The notes under the pieces: model-generated
Told to the model about the DNA's origin: nothing
What the model saw: the letters and a program-made list of their open reading frames with translations, nothing else
The model's database searches: none
NCBI GenBank assembly: GCA_051294905.1
Contig: CM119371.1
Span: 41,046,001 to 41,110,000 of the forward strand
Direction of reading: 5' to 3'
Length of the DNA stretch: 64,000 nt
DNA from: Botryllus schlosseri
Taxonomy: Eukaryota
Position numbers and translations under genes: made by a program
Part shown: positions 49,562 to 60,705 of the stretch, piece after piece
Numbering within the stretch: position 1 is the first letter of the stretch
How the letters are laid out: every line of letters starts with the position of its first letter

Positions 49562-52079
49562 CAGGGGCGGGCAACATACAGGCCAGATCCGGCCCGCAGA
49601 GAGTTTATAATCTGAAAGTATTACAAATTTTATCTGTCACAGAATGAATCCAAGTTTGCCAACCTGATAAAGATGGTCATAGACTACTTGTTTGGGTCTA
49701 CATACATTTGCGAGAAAATACTTTTAAACATGAACATTAACAAGACAAGGCTGAGTTCCAATATAACTGATGTTCACGTGCAGTCTTTACTAAGGGTTTC
49801 TATGTCCGACATGCAGCCAGACTTCAAAGAACCTGCTGACTTGATCAAACAGATGTCTGATTGACTTCAACAGCTATTGATGTAAATTACAGCAATATAT
49901 TCAATATGGTCTCTATGCTTTAAACCTGAGGTCTCAAACACGAGGTCCGCGGTGCGCATGCGGCTCGAGACCATTTTGTGCGGCGGGCGGCGGTATTTTG
50001 GATTTCGAAGTATTTGTCAATATTTATCTCTCAAATATCTTTTATATTATATGACAACTGGAACTACTCATTAAACTTCACTATTACATCAATTTCAAAA
50101 GTTACCACGCAGTGAAAGATCAACTATTGCGTCACATTACTTGTTTATTATAGGAAACCTGACCCGATGATGATTCGTGACTGAACATTTTTGATTTGGA
50201 CTGGGGCGCAACCTTTTGTACAAATACTTGAACTAAGACTCATTGTCTGATAAAATAAAAATGACTTGACTTGAGTCGCGTCAAATGTTACAATCAGAGA
50301 AGGACTTATTGTGACTCGGAAAGCCGTGACTTGGTGTAACCAGGCACGCAACAAACTATGAAACTGCATGGTATGGGGAATGATAATATATCAAAAGATC
50401 TTGGCTTGTCTTTCGTAGCTTATTTGGATACCAGCTCGGTCTGGTTACCATTGGCATTATGTTGTCCTCTTGATGTATAGTTAGTTACGTCCTTTGTCAT
50501 CTTGGGTATCTTTATTCTTGTTGTCATCGCCAATTAAATGAGGCGAGTACTATAAAGTGTTCGTAGCGTACGCTTCACAGCTGTAACACCAATGGATTTT
50601 TCTTGACATTTCTATCGCTATATGGCAGAGTAATCATTTTTATTCAAGTTGTAGATCTGTTCCAATATTCGCAGGTAAATCTAACGCTGATTTAATTTGA
50701 CTTTGGTAATAACTAAGGCGATTTTTTTTGACATGTCAAAAAAAGTCAAAATTAGGTCAAAATTGTGGCGTTAGGTCAAAATTGTTTACAAAATTAAAAC
50801 TTTTTTGCAACCTGCATTTCGTTTGTATAGTATATTTTGCACTGTCGGTGCACTTATCATTTGGCATTTTATAGCTTGCACATTGTGAATCATAAACATT
50901 CAAATGAAACAAATGGTGTTATGCCCAACGTTCCGTAATATCCCAACCGAAGGAAGACTGCGATGAAAAATTGTTATGTAGACAACATTGTAAGAATGAG
51001 GGCATCATGGTGTGTCACCAGCAGTGTACGCACAACTTTAGTGTTGTCAGCCACCAACTGCTGCTGTTGAACGTTCTTTCTGCATTCTTGGAGTAAGGAC
51101 AGACACTTTCTACCCGAGAATGTATATACAAGTCTGTTTCGTTGTACTACAATTTTATTTAACTATTTCCACCATAATGCATAATGTAACTACTGGAATT
51201 CTTCATAGGGCCAGATTTCGTTAAAATGTTAGTTTTTTCATGTAAAAATTTGTCAATTTTTGATCCCAAAAACGTTTTTTCAGACCAACTTACTTCGTAA
51301 GGACAGACAGTTCCAACCAGAAATGAATATTAGTAGTAGAATTTTAACATTATGTGCGAAAACACCTAATTTGCATACGCGAGGTCAAAATTTGGTCAAA
51401 ATTCAGTTTTTTCAGGTAAAAAAAAGTCAAAATTTAGATTTTTTAGGTCAAAATCTTACGTTTTTTAGGTAAAAAAAAATCGCCCTAGTAATAACATGAT
51501 CTGGTAATAACATGATCAGTATTTTAGTTATCAGGAGTATGCATGCCCCAAACCAGGATTAGGCTGTGCTGCTCCAATGCCCTGATATAAGTTTTAAAAT
51601 ATTCTACCTATAATTGTGACACAACAAATGTCCGCCAACTACAACATTTTAACGCGACAGCTTTTAATATATCCTGACGCATTTGCACTGCTCATTGGTG
51701 TCTACAACTAAATATACAGAAACTATGCCAAGTACAGCAACAATTCTATTCGAATATAATAAAATGTGATTTTTCTCGTGCCAGGCGTGAATTCACAATA
51801 GTAAATCACTTTTTCACGGTGCTTGAGGAATGTCAGTATGCAAGGTCCCGTCAAATAAGACCTGCTTGGAATTACATTGGATTCACGTACTATTAGTGCT
51901 GTGGCCGCGACGCCATCAAAAAGTCAGAAATTGGCCCGCAAGTACATTTGAGTTTGAGACCTCTGCTTTAAACTAAGGTGTATAAATACGCGAATAATAT
52001 ATTGATTCTGTAATCCGGCCCGCCAAGTACATCATTTTCCCATATCCGACCTGCTGACCGAAAAAGTTGCCCGCCTCTG
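49562..52079 (+). mobile_element. Triple-nested hAT: outer Charlie/Buster-type derivative > 49926-51965 > 50714-51487
   Basis: TSDs ATGTAGTG/ATGTAGTC, CTTTAAAC (perfect), GTAATAAC (perfect). hAT C-terminal dimerization remnants LFGSTYICE..MNINKTRL..ITD.H (~49690-49860) and PTAAVERSF (~51050-51080). Confidence 0.9.
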
Positions 52080-52279
52080 ATGTAGTCTCTTTACGTTAAT
52101 GTAATACTCATTGTCGAAACTATGATACTGTAGGCTTCATGTGTCGGGTTCATTCAAATGTTCACTTTGTTGTCAGGTTACGTAATCAACTACCGTAATG
52201 TTGACGTAATCGAGGGTGTGATTTATGAACTGCTGAGAATCGGCTTCATCTACAACAATCATTTTCATAAGCGTGAAGC

Positions 52280-52642
52280 ATGAGTCTCCTTCATTGTAGC
52301 CTGCAGCTTTCGGATTGCCCGATATGCGGAAAGACAGTATCTACAAAACATACTTGAAACTGCATGTTCTCGGAAACTTTGGAGTAAATAATTACGATCG
52401 CCCATTTGTAGTCGCAAATTCACCACCAAAACAGGTTTGGCATATCACATAAATGGTCACAAAAACTTTCGGATAGAAACAGGTACGTTTGTGAGGTGTG
52501 CATAAGATGTCTAGGCACGAAGAGCGGCATGAGATTACCCACGAAGTTTCACTTTGATATAGAAGACTACGAATGTGATGTATGTGGCAAAGAGTTTGTC
52601 TTCAGCACTGATTTGCATAAACACATGGAGACACACAGCTGA
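52280..52642 (+). pseudogene. ZF-C paralog pseudogene
   Basis: Colinear with 43131-43500, including about 200 nt upstream and the acceptor at 52176; frameshifts from about 52351 onward. Confidence 0.85.
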
Positions 52643-53930
52643 TAACACTCATGAATGATCAGAGTATGGAACTGGTTTAGAGTCGACTCGGGTATAATGG
52701 AATCTGCTGAAATTAATCTGCAGCGGAATTCGCAACTCAGATTGTGAAATGGTGTTGTGTGTGCTTGTGGGATTATTTCTGATATTGACTACAAGCTTTG
52801 TCTTTTTAGCATTAGTGTTTTTTTGTTTTATGGAAAAAAACAAAACGAATGTTGCGCCGGTCGAATCAGGCCCTGAAAGCAAAGCTACCTAGACGATTTG
52901 TGTGCTCATCTTTGATTGTATCTTGATTTTCAGTGCTGATCCAAAGCAGGTGGCGATGTATGATGAATATAAGCCATTTTAATCTGCCTGTTTTTGTACT
53001 TTGTATCGTTTTTGTGTAACTGACTACGGAAGTTTCCGAACACTGTTTCTGGTGTTTTTGCTCTTCAGGTGAAACCAATAACAAAAATCTCCTTCTGTAA
53101 AAGGTAGACTGCCTTTAAACAATAGCATACTGGCCCTTTTATCTCCCACAGAGTTGGTTTTTTCAATGCGGCATAACGGCGATTCTTGCATCCTCTGAGC
53201 TTCAAATTTTCTGCAGGTTGCAACCTAAATGAATTTTCGCTTGATTATGTTCCCTGTATTTCTTCGTACACGCATCATATCGAGAAGTGTACCCTATCAA
53301 CCTCTGTCACAACATTCAGCATTGCCGTGGATACTTGATCGGTCGCATTGCTGCGGTTTACGAGCTACCAATGGAAGGGGTTGTCTTTTCTGTGCAAAAT
53401 GTAGGATTGACATCTTCTGCTGTGTTGTAATATGATACGGTGGCATGAACTATTCGGTCTGCCACAGATACCAATACTGTATGTTTTGCATGCTTTTACT
53501 CCTGTCTCTCAATAGTTTTGACACAATACCATTGGATTTGCCTTGATTAGTGATTGTGTTGTACTGGTTAGAAACTGTACGTGCCGGTTCGTCCCCCGAA
53601 AATACCTATGTGTCAATTGCACTGTGTACAATCTCAGGACGTTCCATTTTTAAGAATATTTGCCATCTTTTATAGATATGAGATGGTACCACTGCCATAC
53701 TGTCATTGAGCCCAATTTCATGTGGTGAATAGTAATATTTGACTGAAAATCCATTGAAATTTAGCATTATTATTCCAGAAGTTCGGTTAATATTTATGCT
53801 CGAAACATCAACATAAAGATTTGAACTCCCCTCCATCAACCATTTTGTCGACCTGAGACGACCATATTCACGACTTGGAATATTGTAGTACAATTTTCTG
53901 GAAACATGTTGCCGTGACATCAAGCTTCAT

Positions 53931-54890
53931 ATGGATATCCATACTGGAATCAAGAATCATGAATGTGTTATATGTGGTAAAGTATTTACTAGGACGCACG
54001 GCCTCAAGAACCACATGGATATACATACTGGAATCAAAAATCATGAATGTGATATATGTGGTAAAGTATTTACAAGGAAGCACGTCCTCACGTACCACAT
54101 GGATATGCATGTTGGAATCAAAAATCATGAATGTGATGTATGTGGTAAAGCATTTACTAGGAAGTACAGCCTCAAGTACCACATGGATATGCATACCGGC
54201 GTCAAAAGGTATAAATGTGATAAATGCGGGAAAAAAAGTACCAGTCCGACGCAACACGAGCATCATATGAATATGCATGCTGGAATCAAAATCCATGAAT
54301 GTGATATTTGTGGGAAGAAGTTACGTTATAAGCAAACACTCGCGTTTCACATGAACACGCATTTTGGCATCAAAGCCCATAAATGTAAGATTTGTGGGAA
54401 AGAATTTAATCGAGAAATTATACTTAAGCATCATATGAATATGCATGCTGATGTCAAAAATCATGAATGTTTCATATGTGGTAAATCATTTACATCGAAC
54501 GAGCACCTCAATCGACATATTCATACGCATACTGGCGTCAAAATCCATGAATGTGATATTTGTGGGAAGAAGTTCAGTTATAAGCAAACATTCACGCTTC
54601 ATATGAACGTGCATTTAGGCATCAAAAACCATAAATGTGATATTTGTGGGAAAGGATTTTGTCAAGGAAGTCAACTTAAACGTCATATGAATACACACAC
54701 TGGTATCAAAAATCAGAAATGTGATATATGTGGGAAAGCATTCACTAGTAGGAGATACCTCGCAGCTCATGTTGAAACACATGCTCTTGTCAAAAACCAT
54801 AAATGTGATATTTGTTGGAAAGCATTTACTCAGAAGACTCACCTCGAGCGTCACATGGTTGCATGCTGGCGTCAACAATTGAAAATGTGA
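53931..54890 (+). CDS. C2H2 zinc-finger ORF, 10 complete fingers + 1 truncated; probably truncated at both ends
   Basis: 319-aa open array with HxGIKNH linkers. Starts mid-finger (KLH|MDIH; in-frame TAG at 53886) and the last finger is frameshifted. Confidence 0.7.
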   Translation: MDIHTGIKNHECVICGKVFTRTHGLKNHMDIHTGIKNHECDICGKVFTRKHVLTYHMDMHVGIKNHECDVCGKAFTRKYSLKYHMDMHTGVKRYKCDKCGKKSTSPTQHEHHMNMHAGIKIHECDICGKKLRYKQTLAFHMNTHFGIKAHKCKICGKEFNREIILKHHMNMHADVKNHECFICGKSFTSNEHLNRHIHTHTGVKIHECDICGKKFSYKQTFTLHMNVHLGIKNHKCDICGKGFCQGSQLKRHMNTHTGIKNQKCDICGKAFTSRRYLAAHVETHALVKNHKCDICWKAFTQKTHLERHMVACWRQQLKM

Positions 54891-56018
54891 TGCACATTGG
54901 ACTGGGGGTTTTCATCAAATTACTGCTAATTCTTTTCATATTTCGAGTTTCGAATCGTGTACGAAAACCCATCATATATTAAACACCTTCGCTGTGCCTT
55001 ACGTTATAAATTGTCATCTCTTTTCTCAGTCTGGAACGCCATGTTAGTTTCTCTGAAACATAATCCGAGTCGGTGATGGGCATCACGAGATCGTCATTAT
55101 TGCAAGGCAAATTGTGTGATCTACGGTCATGGTGCAAACTGCTTAATACTTTCTGTATAGCAAGAAAGTGCCAAATGTGCTCGCCATGGCGCTCTGCTCA
55201 TGAGTTTAGTGACTGCATTCTTGAAGCCAAATTTGGTTCAATTCTAACAAGTATAGGGCTCCGCAGATCCAATTGAATTTTTTAATTTTAACTAGAAAAT
55301 TGAAAAAAAATTAAATTTTTCTGTCAAGCCCATGAAATTGTTGAGCTGTCCGCAGATACCATATGCAAAACAAATTTGACTCAATCCTTGATTGGTGGAT
55401 AATCCGAGGATTATCAACGAAAATCTCCAATTACTCAGCTTCTACTAGTTGGAATTGAGTCAAATTTGTTTTGCATGGTCTCTGAAGACAGCTCAACAAT
55501 TTCATGGGCTTGACAGAAAAATTTGAATTTTTTTTTTCAATTTTCCAGTTTAAATTAAAATATTCAATTGGATCTGCGGAGCCCTATACTTGTTAGAATT
55601 GAAACAAATTTTGTGTGCAGCGTTTTTTAGGGCAGCCTGACGATTTAAGAGGTGACCGGCTTCAATCGAAAAAAAAGTTTTTTAGGGAACAGCCCTACTG
55701 TACAGTACATAGATTAAAAAGAATTCTGCATCTAAATTTTCGTACTACGTAGAATCACAAGTAGGCGACATACTGAATCATTCATAGTACTGCACTCTAT
55801 TATCAAGTTTTCTGATACATGCATTATTCTGAAAACTGCGATCATGGGCCAGGATTGGTGTTGTGTAATATACAATTTCTTGTCGGGTCTTGAAGCCATG
55901 TAAATAAACTTACTTTGGTCCAGATTGATTTTCATACCAGCGACCAACGTATGCATACAAATTTACAGCTATCTTTTCGGTGGAAATACATTTGTATAAT
56001 ATATTCATATTGAAATGA

Positions 56019-56052
56019 ACCCGAATATTTTCGAGTGACACTCGTCAGGGGT
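56019..56052 (-). ncRNA. Minimal hammerhead motif, family 1
   Basis: Reverse complement reads acccCTGACGAgtgtcactcGAAAatatTCgggt. Confidence 0.7.
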
Positions 56053-59000
56053 AATTGTCAGCATCCACCGACCCTCGACCTCGGTTACCTTCTTCTCAGG
56101 CTGCCGTTCGTTCATTGCCCTACATGTGATCTGAAGGCACTAAGATGAACTCATACAAACACGCCTTAGTTGTTCAAGGAGGAGATTTAACTGTTATCTA
56201 AATAACATAAATGACCAGACCACTGAGGACTTTGAATAGACCAGAAGGGGGAAAACTATTTTGTCCTGTCCACGAAAGCAGAAACGTTATAAAAATATTG
56301 ATGGACTGCCTCTGAAATCTTGACTTGACTGACATGATATTGAGGGCGCTTTTCAGCTTTGACGTTCAAGACGACGCACTGTGAGAGATTAGGGTTGCTA
56401 AACATTCCAGAAAGTCAAAGCAACAACTTTTTCAAAAAAATTGCCCGCTAGGCGCGATTTCAAGTTGCCAGATATCTTGATTTGAGGGTACTCTTTCTCC
56501 AAGAAAAAATACGCATTATTTATAGAAAAGGTCATACCGGCGTTGGCCATTATCACGCCACGATGCACCAAGAAATATAAAGTTTTAGGCCACGTAACAT
56601 GCGACTCCGATAAGTGTGCCAGAACGATTGGCAGTGAGAGAACCTTTGCCGAAAAGGACTGCGCTTATGCTGACCGAAAACTTGTTATATATAAGCCTAC
56701 AAAATACCAGGGTTGTAATTGTAACCAAGTCACATGCAATGTTCCCTTTAATTTTTTACGATTCTGCGCGCACTAACCAACCCACTGCGCTGTACCTTGG
56801 ACTTAGAAAAAGGTCATCAGTCTGGATGTTTTGTGTGCAACTTGGAATTTCTTTGCCCAGAGACCGTGTAAGCTCTACGAAATTGCGCACGTGCGCAGCT
56901 TAGACTTGAAGGAACATTGGTCACAAGTCAATCGCACTTTCATAGTTTTGACCCGAGTCAAGTCGAGTCATTCACCACCGAGTGAAGTCCAAGTACAAGT
57001 CATCGAGAAGAAGGACGAGTCCAAGACATTGTATTGACTGCTCAGTTTCCAGTTAAAGTCTTGTTTAAACCCACTTTTTATAGGTCTAAAACATTGTTGA
57101 GTGATATCGAATAGTTCGCATTTATATTATACTAATTTCCATCACTTTCATCAGTTTCTGGTCGAATTTGGAAGTACCATTATTAATACATGAAATCCAA
57201 AAAATGTGGTTACTGAACCATTCTTTGAAATTATAATGAAAACTGGGTCCTGACCTGGCGGAGTCAAGTCGAGTCATTACATAATCGCGACTCGAGGTGA
57301 GTCATTACAACCCTGCTAAATAGGCCTACTTACAGGTTAAATCGTCCATAGGCGCCTAAATGACTGACGCCGAAAGTTACATTCTTGGAAATCTTAACCT
57401 CACAAGACAAATACCATCCCGCAGGAAAAATATGTGTCAGTGAAGAAATACCAATTTGAAATCGTTTGTGTCTTTTAAATCAGCCTGATTTAAACCAGAA
57501 CCCTATGCACAGATCGTTATTTCCACGTATATCATGTCGTGTATATAGGCTTGCCATATTTTGGAAATGTAAAAAGAGGACACTTTTTCAGAAATTTCAG
57601 ACATACAAAACTGGGTTGACTAAAAAAAAAAGGTCTTCTTCTCGCTCAGAGCTCAAAATAACGTTTTTCTCTCCACATTGCCAGATGGATGACCAAAAAA
57701 AAAGGGTCTTCTTTTCGCTCAGAGCTCAAAATAACGTTTTTCTCTCCACATTGCCAGGTGGATGACTAGAAAAAAAAGAAAAAAAGGGCGCATATCACTC
57801 GCATTTTCCTCTAAATTTGACCTAAATTTTCAAAAAAGAGGACAAAAGGGCGTCGTCCAAGGACACTTTCAAAAAAGTCGAAAAAGAGGACAAATCCTCT
57901 TAAAAGAGGACGTATGGTAAGCCTAGTGTGTATGCCGCAGTAAACATCAAGGACAAAAATATACAACGTCCTGACCTAACTACTTTGTCATTGACTCTCT
58001 CTGCCTCAGTGGCGAAATCGCGACATAGCACTCTGGAAAAGTAGTAGGATTGTGCCGCTTGTAATATATCGTCTCCGGTCCTGGCTAAACAAAACACGAT
58101 CGGGACTGTGTGAAGATTGAACACTGAACATGAACAGAACAATTTCATCAGACTTTGCACGTAAAACGACCCAACTGTTTCAGAGAATATCGAATAATAT
58201 GTTTGCAATCACAATCAAGAAGGTAGGACATGGTAGGGTAATTTGTTCGAAAACGTCAGTTCAGCATGTTTAATGACTGCAGTCTTTTTTTAAAAATTTT
58301 ATGCAACGACTCGCCTTAGTCGCCTGAAAGTGTTTTTGAAAGTATAAACAACTAAATCGAACTGCTGAAACAGAGGACATTTTGGCATTTTTAGCGCCCT
58401 CGGGGCACCATTCACTTTTATTTGAGAAAAAGAGGACAAATCATCCTAAAAGAGGACATATGGTAAGCCTACCGGCATTAATCCAAGCCTAACCAAAATC
58501 CGAGATAAGTTGTGTGAACATCCGAGATAAGTTGTGTGAATTTACTGGTTACACTTTTAATCGACGAAGTATAATGCAATGAAATAAATTCTCTTTTTCT
58601 CTCTCTCTCTCTCTCTGCTCGTCGAATCGCTGGGCGTATCGGAGGCGTTGCCCCGTGCTTCTGTGAAAGCGGAGGATAGGCCCTGCATCATTGTATCAGT
58701 GCTATTGACTCGTGGGATGGTGGCAATTGCCGGCTAAGGCCTGTCAGATATTACGGCGCTCGTTGCTAATCTTATTATCATGCATTCTAGTTCTAAGAAA
58801 CACGTAGAAGATAGAGGTCGAATATTCGGGTGTCCAGTAACTGCTTTTTCTCTCTTTCTGTGGACAAGTTATGGTCATGCTGACTTAGAAAGTGTTGTAA
58901 CACGAGAAAGAAGCGTGAGGAGCTGTATTTTTAATCCAATAATGTTTTCCAAGGCTATTAAAAGCGCTTCACTTGTTTGTTGCTCAGTAAACATATGTCT

Positions 59001-59931
59001 GGCAAACAATAATGGAGGACGTCACCTCAGCACCTGATTGGAATCGCTGGCCTTTTTGCCTGATATATCTGGTGAGCAGCGATGATTTTCCAAGTTGAAG
59101 TAATTTAATAAAAAATAATTAAAAAATTAAACATATTGGGAGCACAGGACACCGATTCCAAAGGTGCTTCAGCACAGCTTTGGGCATGGTGTAGATTTCC
59201 CATATTAATTTTTGGTGTTCCAGTGCCAAGACCGTGATAATTGTTGCAGTTTCGAAATTCTATGCAAACCACTTTGGAATGAACACTCCGCAGGAACATC
59301 TAGGTATCCCTGGCTCTTTGAGACTGGCCTTTCTGTGTTCCCCATGATCATATCTCCACAATGTTCACCATGTGTGTATTCTCGTCAATCTTTGACGTGA
59401 ATTTCGCAGGTTGAGTTGTCTTCGGCGTCGAGTTATGGACATGAAACTTGCAATTTAGCACCCATTCGAACCAGTGGTTATCCGATTGGGGACGAAGTCG
59501 CCTGAGAGAAATGAAGTTTATTGAATTCTGAAAGAGTAGGCTATTATTTTTGCTGACGATTACCAGTGAACCCAGACCTCGGTGAACTCGGCCCTCGGGA
59601 ATTTTTGTAATTAATGGTACTAACAAGTATTATTATGAATTATTAAACTAATAATGTTATTATCAACTGATTTGTCGATTTTGTAAGGAGGTCAGGGCAT
59701 GCGTAGATCACGCAGTCCGTGCGACTTTCGAAAATATGGATCAGTGTGTTATATATAAAAAAGCTGTGTTAGAAGATCAAACTGCATTGAAATGCGATGC
59801 GTGCAGCATGTGGTGCCACATTGATTGTGGGATTACCAGTGAACTCGGACCTCGGTGAACTTAGCCTTACAAACTCGGCCCTCGGTGAACCGGCCCTCGA
59901 TGAATTCCGCCCATGGGAAATTTTGTATTCA

Positions 59932-60252
59932 CCGGCAACCCTAATATCCCCCTCCCTCAACAACCCTAATATCCCACCCCCGGCTACCCTAATATCCCAC
60001 CTCCGGCAACCCCAATATCCCACCTCCGGCAACCCTAATATCCCACTTCCGGCAACCCTAATATCCCACCTCCGGCAACCCTAATATCCCCCCTCCCCGA
60101 ACCCTAATGTCCCACCTCCACCAACCCTAATATCCCACCTCCACCAACCCTAATATCCCCCCTCCCCCAACCCTAATATCCCACCTCCACCAACCCTAAT
60201 ATCCCACCTCCACCAACCCTAATATCCTACTTCCGCCAACCCTAATATCCCA
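59932..60252. repeat. 23-nt minisatellite (CCCTAATATCCCACCTCCGGCAA)~14 inside an inverted-repeat element (~59830-60460)
   Basis: Direct reading of units; flanks are inverted GAACTCGGCC-rich arms. Degenerate opposite-strand copy at ~18085-18245. Confidence 0.9.
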
Positions 60253-60705
60253 GCTCCCAGCTTTAATTCAAAATTGTTCGGGGGCGGAATTCACCGAGGT
60301 CCATAGTATTCGAGAAACACCATGAATACCACAAAACAAACAAGTGGAGTATGTGAGCGTCGCGTTATCTCCCCCACTTACTCAATCCGTGAATACAAAA
60401 TTTCCCGAGGTCCGAGTTCACCGAGAGCCGAGTTTGTAAGGCTGGGTTCACAGGCAACCTTGCTGACAATTACAGGTTTTCACAGGCCTAATCCTAATTA
60501 CGGTATGTTATAATTTTTGATGCCGTAGCTGCGTCGTTCCGGCCACACGACGATGCTAGATGGTGACTGATAGCGAACATTGCGCTGATCTCCAGATGTT
60601 TCTGAATTAAGAGTAACTATGCGGAACACGTGTCGATTAAGTGTCATGCCATCAAACTATGAGTTGAGATTGTAAAAAATCTCGTTGCTCATGTTGAAAG
60701 TATAA

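Noticed and set aside
53035..53072. CTGAAGA...GAAA on - strand (also 57130-57160)
   Set aside because: No stem I/II pairing; the 57k match is a variant of a MITE whose other copies lack it.
59932..60252. Possible CRISPR array or telomere
   Set aside because: Units are contiguous with no unique spacers, the context is eukaryotic, and it is not pure (TTAGGG)n.
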